Below are positions 28,323-36,103 of a DNA stretch of 48,062 nt, one piece after another (position 1 is the stretch's first letter; the number at the start of each line of letters is the position of its first letter). This DNA comes from a virus (lineage: Duplodnaviria > Caudoviricetes): positions 1-48,062 of IMG/VR virus record IMGVR_UViG_3300049173_000036. One strand, 5' to 3'. A program made the position numbers and the translations under genes. The notes below the pieces were generated by a model. It did not search any database. It saw nothing but the letters and a program-made list of their open reading frames with translations, and was not told where the DNA came from.

Positions 28323-29288
28323 ATGAGCAACCTTGACCGTGCGCCGGTACCGAGTGTCTGCGGCGGCCGCGGATTCGTCGTCGCCGAACCCGTCCGCGAG
28401 CTACTGAGTCCCCGTCACGTGAAGCTCGGCGAGTCGAGCGAGGTGCGCCGGCTGCTGCCGAACCTCGGCCGCCGCATGATCGCCGCGTGGGCATTTGTTG
28501 ATCACTATGGGCCCGATGACATCGCAGACGAGCCCGGCATGCAGGTGCCGCCGCACCCGCACATGGGCCTGCAAACCGTCAGTTGGCTGCACGAGGGCGA
28601 GGTGCTGCACCGCGACTCGACCGGCAGCCTTCAGGCGATCCGCCCGCGCGAGCTCGGGCTCATGACGTCCGGCCGCGCGATCAGCCACTCGGAAGAGAGC
28701 CCGCGCCCGCACGCCCGGTACTTGCACGGCGCGCAGCTATGGGTCGCGCTGCCCGACGCGCACCGGCACGTCGACCCGCGGTTCGAGCATCACGCCGAAC
28801 TGCCGACGGTCACGGCGCCCGGTCTCACGGCGACCGTGATTCTCGGCGACCTCGACGGCTCGACGTCGCCCGGCACGACGTACTCGCCGATCGTCGGTGC
28901 CGACCTCGCCCTCGCCCGAGGCGCCGACGTCCGGCTGCCCCTCGTACCCGACTTCGAATACGGCGTGCTCGCCATGAGTGGCGAGGTGCACGTCGACGGC
29001 GTACCGGTACTGCCCGGATCGATGCTGTATCTCGGCTGCGGCCGCAGCGAGCTGCCGCTGCGCGCCGAGTCCGACGCCGGGATCATGCTGCTCGGCGGCG
29101 AGCCGTTCGACGAGGAACTCATCATGTGGTGGAACTTCGTTGGTCGGACGCAGGCCGAGATCGAGCAGGCTCGCGCCGACTGGATGACGGGCAGCCGATT
29201 CGGCGAGGTGCACGGGTACGACGGCGCCCCGCTCGCTGCACCCGAGCTGCCGCCGACGCCACTCAAGCCGCGCGGCCGCGTGCGATAG
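28323..29288 (+). CDS. Pirin family protein (bicupin), phage-borne
   Basis: FVDHYGP, PPHPHMGLQTVSW, HRDSTG, MTSGRAISHSE, HGAQLWVALP, LLGGEPFDE...WWNFV; metal ligands HPH and HSE intact. Confidence 0.95.
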   Translation: MSNLDRAPVPSVCGGRGFVVAEPVRELLSPRHVKLGESSEVRRLLPNLGRRMIAAWAFVDHYGPDDIADEPGMQVPPHPHMGLQTVSWLHEGEVLHRDSTGSLQAIRPRELGLMTSGRAISHSEESPRPHARYLHGAQLWVALPDAHRHVDPRFEHHAELPTVTAPGLTATVILGDLDGSTSPGTTYSPIVGADLALARGADVRLPLVPDFEYGVLAMSGEVHVDGVPVLPGSMLYLGCGRSELPLRAESDAGIMLLGGEPFDEELIMWWNFVGRTQAEIEQARADWMTGSRFGEVHGYDGAPLAAPELPPTPLKPRGRVR

Positions 29289-29299
29289 CAGCTACGCGA

Positions 29300-29333
29300 A
29301 CGCCCCCGCCTGCATATCTGCAGGTGGGGGCGT
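29300..29333. terminator. Likely bidirectional terminator between pirin and integrase
   Basis: ACGCCCCCGCCTGCA-TATC-TGCAGGTGGGGGCGT. Confidence 0.75.
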
Positions 29334-29335
29334 CG

Positions 29336-29377
29336 GTGCTTTGGAGTAGTGGTCGACTGTGCACTATTCCAAAGCAC
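29336..29377. other. attP for the serine integrase
   Basis: 42-bp imperfect palindrome GTGCTTTGGAGTAGTG-GTCGACTGTG-CACTATTCCAAAGCAC (15/16 arm match), 9 bp from the int stop; central dinucleotide AC at 29356-29357. Confidence 0.8.
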
Positions 29378-29386
29378 AAACCCGAG

Positions 29387-31000
29387 CTACTCGGCAACCG
29401 GCTCGGGATCCGGCGGTGCCCACACCGGCACGACCTCGACTCGGTCGTCTGGCCACAGCTCGACCCGCCGGATAAGCGACGCCAGTGTCACCCGCTTCGA
29501 GGCGACGCTGATCGTGTCCCACTCGGCGATCAGACCGACGATCGTCTCGCGGTGCGGCACCGGGCTCGGCGGCTCGGCCGGCTGCTCGGGCCCGAGCGCG
29601 TCGAGTTCCTTCTGAGCGGTCGCGACGTCGCCGCTCAACTTGTCCCGGGTTCGCAGGTACGACTCACGCGGGATGTCTCCCATGCTGTACCCGGTCGTCG
29701 CCCGGTCGAGGGCACCCTGCAGCTTCGAGATTTTCGCTTCGAGGCGCTTCCGCTTCTTCGTGACGTCCGGCGCGATCTTCGGTTTCGGCAGGACGATGCG
29801 CCCGGACACGATCGCGTCGATCTCGTCGCGCACCTCCCCCAGCCACTCGAACACCCGCCCCTCGATCAGTACTCGGCGGATCCACACCGGCTCATGCTTG
29901 ACCAGTCCGCGCGAGCGCGGGCCGCACCGGTACGCGTACGCCCGGATGCCCTTGCAGTCGTGTGTGCGGGCCGCTGCGCGCTTCGGGTGAGTGCTGAAGC
30001 AGATACCGCACTTGGTGAGCCCGGCGAGCGGGTACACCGGGGTGAGCGCCCGCGCGGGCGTCACGCGGCGTGCCTCGCGGCGGTCGCGGTACGCGTCCCA
30101 CTCGTCGCCGGACCAGATCGATTCGTGCTCGGCGGGCCGGTAGTCGTAGTGGTCGCGCTTTTGGCACCGGCCGGGCTCGGCGCATCCGACGTCGCGTTTG
30201 TGCACGACGAGTAGGCCTGCGGGAAAGCCGCTGTCCATGTACCACTTGACGGTTTGGTCCTGCCACGGGGCGCCGCGGGTGTTGAGCAGCCCGAGGTCGT
30301 TCCACCATCGGGCGATGTTGCCGAACCCGATCTTCCCGCTGTTGTAGCGCTGTACGGCGTCGAGGGCGGGCTCGGCGTGCGGCGCGAGAACCTCGTACCG
30401 TTCCTCTTGGGTGCGCCATCCGCCCTCGCCGTCCGGGAGGACGCGCGGGTACCAGCGGTACCCGAATCGCTTCCCGCCGGTCGCCGGGAGGCCGAGGTTA
30501 CGCCGTAGCTCGTGGGTTTCTTTCCACTGCTCGCCGGCCCGGTCCGACTCGAACGCGGCGACTTCGAGCAGCATGCCGCGGGTGAAGCGGCCGACGGCTG
30601 TCTTCGCGTCGACGTCCTCGGTTGCGCTGATGAGCTCGCCGCCGACGTTCTCGATACGGGCGAGATTGATCGCGACGCCGTGCCGGTTGCGGCCGAAGCG
30701 GGAAAACTTCCACGACCACAGCTCGCGCTCGGGGCGCTCGTGGTCCTCGACGATTTCGATCGCGCGCATTACTTTACGCTTGAAGTTTCGTCCGGTTGCG
30801 TCCTCGTCGACGATCCACTCGGCGACGTAGCGGCCGCGCCGGGCGGCAGCCTCTTCGACTGCCGACTTTTGAATGTCGATGCTGATCATCTCTTCGCGCC
30901 ATGTGGATACTCGCGCGTAACCAATGACGGGAATCAGTTCCCGAGACAGGGTCACTGATTGGGGAGTCAAAGAAATCCTAGTTCCCCGGTCTATCGACAC
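29387..31000 (-). CDS. int: Large serine integrase
   Basis: GYARVS catalytic motif, SRFGRN, LISATE, recombinase domain, LAGLTKCGIC...YRC Zn ribbon, coiled coil; start GTG 31000 chosen from SD GAGGTG. Confidence 0.95.
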   Translation of the reverse strand: MSIDRGTRISLTPQSVTLSRELIPVIGYARVSTWREEMISIDIQKSAVEEAAARRGRYVAEWIVDEDATGRNFKRKVMRAIEIVEDHERPERELWSWKFSRFGRNRHGVAINLARIENVGGELISATEDVDAKTAVGRFTRGMLLEVAAFESDRAGEQWKETHELRRNLGLPATGGKRFGYRWYPRVLPDGEGGWRTQEERYEVLAPHAEPALDAVQRYNSGKIGFGNIARWWNDLGLLNTRGAPWQDQTVKWYMDSGFPAGLLVVHKRDVGCAEPGRCQKRDHYDYRPAEHESIWSGDEWDAYRDRREARRVTPARALTPVYPLAGLTKCGICFSTHPKRAAARTHDCKGIRAYAYRCGPRSRGLVKHEPVWIRRVLIEGRVFEWLGEVRDEIDAIVSGRIVLPKPKIAPDVTKKRKRLEAKISKLQGALDRATTGYSMGDIPRESYLRTRDKLSGDVATAQKELDALGPEQPAEPPSPVPHRETIVGLIAEWDTISVASKRVTLASLIRRVELWPDDRVEVVPVWAPPDPEPVAE

Positions 31001-31015
31001 TAAACCCACCTCTTT

Positions 31016-31381
31016 TTATGCGCTCCCATCTCGGCGTATAGGGGTGGCTTTCCGGGAGAGCGGAAGGCGTACGACTTGCGCGTCTTCCGCCGTCTCCGGT
31101 GCATCGTCCGCAAGCGCCTCGATCTGGGCAGCTTTGTAACCCATCTCCGCGTATCGCTGTCGTTCCTGCATGGTGAGGCGGGCCATCCTCACCTGATGCG
31201 CCATCAGCGTCTGTGTGTCCATACGGGAGGAGACATGCAGGTGAACGGATGCTGCCGCGATCAGGATGACTACGCCGCTCCTGAACGCGCCGGCCCGGTC
31301 CGTCGAGGTTCCGTACGCAGCGAGCGCGATCCCCACAACCGCGCAAGCTTTGGCCAGAACAATTACTCTGCGCTGCCGCAT
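31016..31381 (-). CDS. Two-TM membrane protein in the repressor-integrase operon
   Basis: Two hydrophobic segments then a soluble tail; abuts both repressor and int. Confidence 0.75.
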   Translation of the reverse strand: MRQRRVIVLAKACAVVGIALAAYGTSTDRAGAFRSGVVILIAAASVHLHVSSRMDTQTLMAHQVRMARLTMQERQRYAEMGYKAAQIEALADDAPETAEDAQVVRLPLSRKATPIRRDGSA

Positions 31382-31384
31382 GTC

Positions 31385-31855
31385 TTACCCCTCCGCGGCA
31401 GCACCCCCCGCAGAGCTGCCACCGTTGTCCGTGCCGCTTTTCTGCATACGTTTGAGCATGGTCGTGAACCAGGCGCGATCCTCTTCGGGAACCCCGGCAG
31501 CGATTGCAACCTCTTCGGGTGACAACCGCTTTCCGGACGATACCTCAATGTGACCGGTTTTCGACTCTGAGTGTGAGAAGTCGTCACGGTCTGCCTTACC
31601 GGTTCGAATCAATAGGTCCTGAATTGGGATACCTGTCCCCCGCGACAGGGACAACAGAGTCTCGTACGAGACCGCCTCCCCCCCGAGTAGACGCGTGATG
31701 ATTCCGCCAGACAGACCGGTGTCCTGCGCGAGTTGAGTGCGCCCGCCTCGTCGGTCTAGGTCGTAGCCCTTACCGGTCAGTACCCCTGTAAGCCATGGCA
31801 GCCACTCGCGACTGACGCCGTCGCCGCCCTCAAGATCGCCATCTCGTCTCCGCAT
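31385..31855 (-). CDS. Immunity repressor (XRE-like HTH), probably leaderless
   Basis: GGRTQLAQDTGLSGGIITRLLGG..VSYETL HTH; divergent from cro; -10 TAGCCT (31867-31862) 6 nt before ATG. Confidence 0.85.
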   Translation of the reverse strand: MRRRDGDLEGGDGVSREWLPWLTGVLTGKGYDLDRRGGRTQLAQDTGLSGGIITRLLGGEAVSYETLLSLSRGTGIPIQDLLIRTGKADRDDFSHSESKTGHIEVSSGKRLSPEEVAIAAGVPEEDRAWFTTMLKRMQKSGTDNGGSSAGGAAAEG

Positions 31856-31865
31856 GCGCGCAGGC

Positions 31866-32089
31866 TACCGCTACCGGAAGGAAGGTTAGGCAACTTTCCA
31901 GTAGTGGAACTGCAGGTCAAGCCTATTGCCGTACAACCTTTCGCCGTCGATGCACGTCGCTCCCATACTCGAACATCCGTGCGGATTCCGCAATCGGAAA
32001 GTCGATCACACTCTTTCCGGTGCTGGAACTTCCAGTGACGGAAGGAACGTGCTAGCTTCCTTCCAGCAACGGAACTTCCAGTGACGGAA
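31866..32089. promoter_or_regulatory. Operator array TTCC-N6-GGAA in the lysis/lysogeny switch
   Basis: Perfect sites at 31896, 31986, 32015, 32030, 32061, 32076; one-mismatch site at 31866; cro -10-like TAGCTT at 32053-32058. Confidence 0.88.
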
Positions 32090-32097
32090 GGAAGCCG

Positions 32098-32370
32098 ATG
32101 GAAACCATCGTGCTGAAGGTCGACGACTTCCTCGACCTGGCCAAGACCCACGGTGACACCACGTACGAGCAGATGTCGGCGACGACCGGGCTCGGCATGG
32201 CGACCCTGCACCGCATGCGCAACGGCGGGCCGGCGAGCTCGACCGCGATCGCCGCGATCTGCAACGCGTACGGCGCCGCATTCGAGGACGTGTTCAAGTT
32301 CGGCACGGTCACCCCGAGGCCGGTTCCGGCGCAGCGGCCGGCCCGACGCGTGAAGGCTGCGGCCGCATGA
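32098..32370 (+). CDS. Cro-like HTH protein
   Basis: TYEQMSATTGLGMATLHRMRNG..AS...IAAIC..YG..FEDVF; first rightward early gene. Confidence 0.85.
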   Translation: METIVLKVDDFLDLAKTHGDTTYEQMSATTGLGMATLHRMRNGGPASSTAIAAICNAYGAAFEDVFKFGTVTPRPVPAQRPARRVKAAAA

Positions 32371-32588
32371 GCGCCGCCGAGACGCCGTCGCTGATCCGCA
32401 CGCGGGCCGTACAGGCGGCCGCCGCCGCCCTGGTCGACGCCGTCGCCGAGCGCGCCGCACGCACCCCTCGCGAGGCGGCCGAAGCGGCGTACTACCCCGG
32501 TCACCCGCTCGGCTCGGTCGAGGCGATCGAGGCCGAGATCATTCGGCGCCGCGCCGCCGAGGCGGCCGAGCAGCCGCTCGCCGCGTAG
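32367..32588 (+). CDS. Hypothetical protein
   Basis: ATGA overlap with cro. Confidence 0.7.
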   Translation: MSAAETPSLIRTRAVQAAAAALVDAVAERAARTPREAAEAAYYPGHPLGSVEAIEAEIIRRRAAEAAEQPLAA

Positions 32589-32693
32589 CTCGCCCGCACA
32601 GACCAAGGGGCCGTCCCGCAACGGCCAAGCAGCGGAACGACCCCGGGGCGCACGCCCCACTCAATCCAGCTAGGAAGAAAGCGAGGCGACGCC

Positions 32694-33050
32694 GTGAGCG
32701 TCAAGCCTATCCCCCTTCACGAGCACCGCAGGCGGGTCGACGAGCAGCAGCAGCTCGACGCCGTCGAGGCGACGATCGCGTACCTCAACCTGCCTGCCGC
32801 TCGCCCGCCGGTCTACCGTGACGACGCCGTACACGTGATCGTCACGGCGCCCGACGAATTCTCGCAGTGGGTGTATCACCTCGGCGGCGACGTGCACCGC
32901 GGCGCCGAGGTCGACGGCGCCTCCCTGATGTCCCTGTGCACCGAGACGCCCGCCGGACGGGGCGGCGCTAAGGCGCCGTTGCGGGTGCACGTGCCGCTCG
33001 TGCACGGCGAGAAGGTGCTCGCCGACCTGCGCGGGGCGGCGTCGGCATGA
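32694..33050 (+). CDS. Hypothetical protein
   Basis: SD GAGG; starts a chain of overlapping genes. Confidence 0.75.
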   Translation: MSVKPIPLHEHRRRVDEQQQLDAVEATIAYLNLPAARPPVYRDDAVHVIVTAPDEFSQWVYHLGGDVHRGAEVDGASLMSLCTETPAGRGGAKAPLRVHVPLVHGEKVLADLRGAASA

Positions 33051-33550
33051 CGAACCCGAACATCCTGCGCGCCGCCCGTACGATCGCCGCCGCCGTCGTG
33101 CACGGAACGACCGACGATCCCGCGCTCGAAGCAGCGCAGCAGCTCGCCGAGTTGGGCCTGCTCGCCCCGTCGACTGACCCGTTCTCGACGCCCGGCCGCA
33201 ACCGGCCCGAGCCGAGCCCGGCCGCCGTCGCCGCCCTCGCGAAGTGCGCCGCCGCGAAGCGTGTCGCCGACACCACGCGCGCTCAGACCGACGGCATGCC
33301 GGGCGAGCCCGACGTGTCCGCGGTCGGCGGCGAGGTGCGCATCGTCGTTCACCCGAAGTCGCTCGCCGACTGGAAGCAGTGGATGCACGCGCTCGGCGTC
33401 GGCGACGCCCGCGGCGACTCGACCGGGGTCGCAATGACCGTCCGCTGCACGTACGGCGGCGTTCGCGCCCGCCTCGTCGGCGTCGGCGTGCCCGCCATGT
33501 ACGGCGAGCTGCACGGCCGCCTCGACCGCCGGACGGCGGTACGGCCGTGA
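33047..33550 (+). CDS. Hypothetical protein
   Basis: 4-nt overlaps on both ends. Confidence 0.75.
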   Translation: MTNPNILRAARTIAAAVVHGTTDDPALEAAQQLAELGLLAPSTDPFSTPGRNRPEPSPAAVAALAKCAAAKRVADTTRAQTDGMPGEPDVSAVGGEVRIVVHPKSLADWKQWMHALGVGDARGDSTGVAMTVRCTYGGVRARLVGVGVPAMYGELHGRLDRRTAVRP

Positions 33551-33660
33551 CCGACCACATCATCGCCGCCGCCACGAACGACAACTTCGTTTCCGCCCTG
33601 ATCGTCGGTTTCTCGGCGGTCGCTCTGCTGCTCGCCTCGTCTGTGAAGGGCCGCAAATGA
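33547..33660 (+). CDS. 37-aa single-TM peptide
   Basis: MTDHIIAAATNDNFVSALIVGFSAVALLLASSVKGRK; GTGA and ATGA overlaps. Confidence 0.65.
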   Translation: MTDHIIAAATNDNFVSALIVGFSAVALLLASSVKGRK

Positions 33661-34067
33661 CCAGGCAGAACACGCCCGTTGACGGGCCGTACCGCATCAC
33701 CGTTGAGCCGATCCCGACCGGCGTAACCCTCGACGTCGAGCACTTCGTATCGAAGGTTGTCGCCGACGTCGTCGAGAAGCTACTCACCGACAAGTACGCC
33801 GACCGCCTCGACGACCTGCACGAGCCGCGGCCGCGCGACCCGCACAAGATCGAGCGCCCCGCCGACCTGCGGTTCGAGCAGCTCGTCGAGGACCTCGTGA
33901 GCGAGGTGCGTACGAAGCTGCCCGTGTACGGGCTGCAGACGCTCAGGCTCGCCGGCCGGATCGAGCAGCTCGCCGCCCCGGCGATCGCCGCTCTGCAGGC
34001 CGAGGCCGAGGCGCACACGATCGCCGTCGCGTCCATTCTGCGCGGCGAGGGTGGTGCGGCAGCGTGA
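33657..34067 (+). CDS. Hypothetical protein
   Basis: Coupled overlaps on both ends. Confidence 0.75.
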   Translation: MTRQNTPVDGPYRITVEPIPTGVTLDVEHFVSKVVADVVEKLLTDKYADRLDDLHEPRPRDPHKIERPADLRFEQLVEDLVSEVRTKLPVYGLQTLRLAGRIEQLAAPAIAALQAEAEAHTIAVASILRGEGGAAA

Positions 34068-34546
34068 AGCAGACGATGCGCGACGAGTGGCGCGTGATGG
34101 TCACTCTCAAGCCGCGCCGCCCCGCCGACCTCGGACTCACCGGGCTCGACGACCTCGCCGAGTTCATCGCCCCGCCGACGCCGACGATCACGATCGCCGT
34201 ACTGCCGCGCCGCCTCGGGAAGCTCTCGGCCGGAATGTCAGTGGGCGACCAGATGGTGAGCCGTGACATCGAGGGCGACTACCGGCGCCGCTGCGAGGCG
34301 ATCGCCGACGAGCTGCGGAACCGTGCGCAGGTGGCCGAGGTGTCCGTGACGTGCACCGAAACGCACTTTTGCTCGCACTGCAACCTGCAGTGGGAGGTGC
34401 TGACCGCCGACGAGGCGGCCGACGACTCGACCAACCAGGACGAGCACAGCGTCGAGGGCGAGCCGGTGTGCTGCGAAAAGGCGATCGCCGAGTTCCGCGC
34501 CGAGCGCGGGATCCCGCAACTCGTCGAGGCGGGTGACACCGCATGA
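34064..34546 (+). CDS. Hypothetical protein with CxxC...CC motif
   Basis: CSHC...PVCCEKA; coupled overlaps. Confidence 0.75.
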   Translation: MKQTMRDEWRVMVTLKPRRPADLGLTGLDDLAEFIAPPTPTITIAVLPRRLGKLSAGMSVGDQMVSRDIEGDYRRRCEAIADELRNRAQVAEVSVTCTETHFCSHCNLQWEVLTADEAADDSTNQDEHSVEGEPVCCEKAIAEFRAERGIPQLVEAGDTA

Positions 34547-34968
34547 GCATGCGCGACGTGATCGAGCACGCCCTGCGGGTGTACTACGTCGACAGCGCCG
34601 AGCCGAACGCCATCGCCCGCGAGGTGCTCGCGCAGTACGACGACGAGCAGCACCCGGTGAACGAGACGCTCGTGAAGGCACGCAGGGCGGCCGCCGCCAT
34701 GTTCGAGGTCGAGGCCGGCGAGCGCCGCCCGATGTGGCGGGTCATCATCACCGACAGCGAGTCGCCGACCGGTGTCGCCCCGGTGTGTACCGCCGAGGGC
34801 GACGACGACCTGCACCTGTGGGCCAACTTCGGCAACGGGATCGAGCGCGTCGTCGACGGCGTGTGGGACTGCTGCCCGACGCCGCAGTTCGACACGTACT
34901 CGACTGTCCTCGCCGAGTACCTCGTCGAGCTACTCAACGCCGACACCCAGCGGGGTGAGTCGGCGTGA
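34543..34968 (+). CDS. Hypothetical protein
   Basis: WRVIITDSESPTGVAPVC...DCCP; coupled overlaps. Confidence 0.75.
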   Translation: MSMRDVIEHALRVYYVDSAEPNAIAREVLAQYDDEQHPVNETLVKARRAAAAMFEVEAGERRPMWRVIITDSESPTGVAPVCTAEGDDDLHLWANFGNGIERVVDGVWDCCPTPQFDTYSTVLAEYLVELLNADTQRGESA

Positions 34969-35294
34969 ACGCCCGCACCGAAGTGCACGCCGCCCTCATG
35001 CGGGCCGGTTACGGGGCGCCGGGCGCCGACCGGCTGCTCGACCAGATCGAGGCCGACGCCGTCACGCGTGGCCGTGAGAAGGACACCCGCGGCGGATCGC
35101 CGCAACAGGGCGAGTCCACTCACCGACACCCGCGCCCGTGCGAGTTCCCGACCGTGCTGCCGTGTACCTGTCCGCGCCCGTCGGCGCTGCCCGACGCGTC
35201 GTTCGTCCGTGCGCGGTACCGAGCCCGCATCGCCCCGTTGTTCCACGCTGCCCGCGCCGGGCACGCCGAGGTGTGGTCGGGGGTAGCGCGATGA
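34965..35294 (+). CDS. Hypothetical protein
   Basis: Coupled overlaps on both ends. Confidence 0.65.
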   Translation: MNARTEVHAALMRAGYGAPGADRLLDQIEADAVTRGREKDTRGGSPQQGESTHRHPRPCEFPTVLPCTCPRPSALPDASFVRARYRARIAPLFHAARAGHAEVWSGVAR

Positions 35295-36103
35295 CGGAGA
35301 CGACACACGTCGTGCAGTGGTCCGGCGGGATCACCAGTTGGGCGGCCGCGAAGCGCGTCGTCCAGTGGTACGGCAAGGCAAACGTGGTGCTGCTGTTCGC
35401 TGACACGTTGGCCGAGCACCCCGACCTGTACCGCTTCAACCGCGAGGCGTCGGCCGAGATCGGTCTGCCGATTACCCGAGTCTGCGACGGCCGTACGCCG
35501 ATCCAGGCCAACCGAGATGCGAAGTTCCTCGGAAGCAGCCGACTTGCCCCGTGCTCGAAGCTGCTCAAGCAGATCCCGTGCCGAAACTGGCTGACCGAGA
35601 ACTGCGACCCCGAACACACCGTTCTGTACGTCGGAATCGACGCGTGGGAGGTCGACCGGGTCGACGGCATCCGCGCCGGCTGGGCGCCGTGGCGAGTCGA
35701 CTTCCCGCTGCTCGACCCGCCGCTCGTGCCCAAGCATGTATGGGTCGAGGGGGCACGGCGTCTCGGGATCGAGGAACCGGAGATGTACCGGCTCGGGTAC
35801 CCACACAACAACTGTTACGGCGGCTGCGTCCGCGGCGGCGTCGCCTACTGGGCGCACACGTTGAAGACGTTCCCCGAGGTATACGCCGAGCACGAGCGCG
35901 CTGAGGCGGAGTTTCGCACCGACGGCGGCAACTCCGCTACGTACCTGACCGAGACTCGGGACGGCGTTAAGCGGCAGCTTCCGCTCGTGCAGTTGCGTCG
36001 CCGGATCGAGACGGCCGACCAGGACGACCCGGGACTGTTCGACCCGTACGACTGGGGCGGCTGCGGCTGCTTCACCGACACCTCGTCGGAGCGTGCGGCA
36101 TGA
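35291..36103 (+). CDS. PP-loop (PAPS-reductase-like) protein with Cys clusters
   Basis: VVQWSGGITS, LLFADT..EHPDLYRF, CSKLLK, YVGID, MYRLGYPHNNCYGGCVRGG, GGCGCF. Confidence 0.8.
   Translation: MTETTHVVQWSGGITSWAAAKRVVQWYGKANVVLLFADTLAEHPDLYRFNREASAEIGLPITRVCDGRTPIQANRDAKFLGSSRLAPCSKLLKQIPCRNWLTENCDPEHTVLYVGIDAWEVDRVDGIRAGWAPWRVDFPLLDPPLVPKHVWVEGARRLGIEEPEMYRLGYPHNNCYGGCVRGGVAYWAHTLKTFPEVYAEHERAEAEFRTDGGNSATYLTETRDGVKRQLPLVQLRRRIETADQDDPGLFDPYDWGGCGCFTDTSSERAA

Noticed and set aside
28500-28570. phiC31 attB within this pirin
   Set aside because: As I recall it, phiC31 attB encodes EYAPGEPKGTPWHPH; this gene has ADEPGMQVPPHPH, a different pirin paralogue.
28323-29288. Pirin as a host gene between two tandem prophages
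   Set aside because: The adjacent att site has two matching arms (attP-like, not a hybrid) and pirin shares the phage codon habits; not fully excluded without flanking sequence.
31001-31009. TTA codon at the start of the integrase ORF as called in the track
   Set aside because: The better start is GTG 31000 with SD GAGGTG, which leaves the TTA in the spacer.
31866-32097. CRISPR-like or iteron repeats
   Set aside because: Short palindromic sites without regular unique spacers, between divergent HTH genes: operators. No cas genes; 36100-36924 is a phage exonuclease.
32607-32644. Imperfect inverted repeat after the cro operon
   Set aside because: Two mismatches on the plus strand (G-U pairs only on the minus strand) and no U tract; too weak to assign a function.
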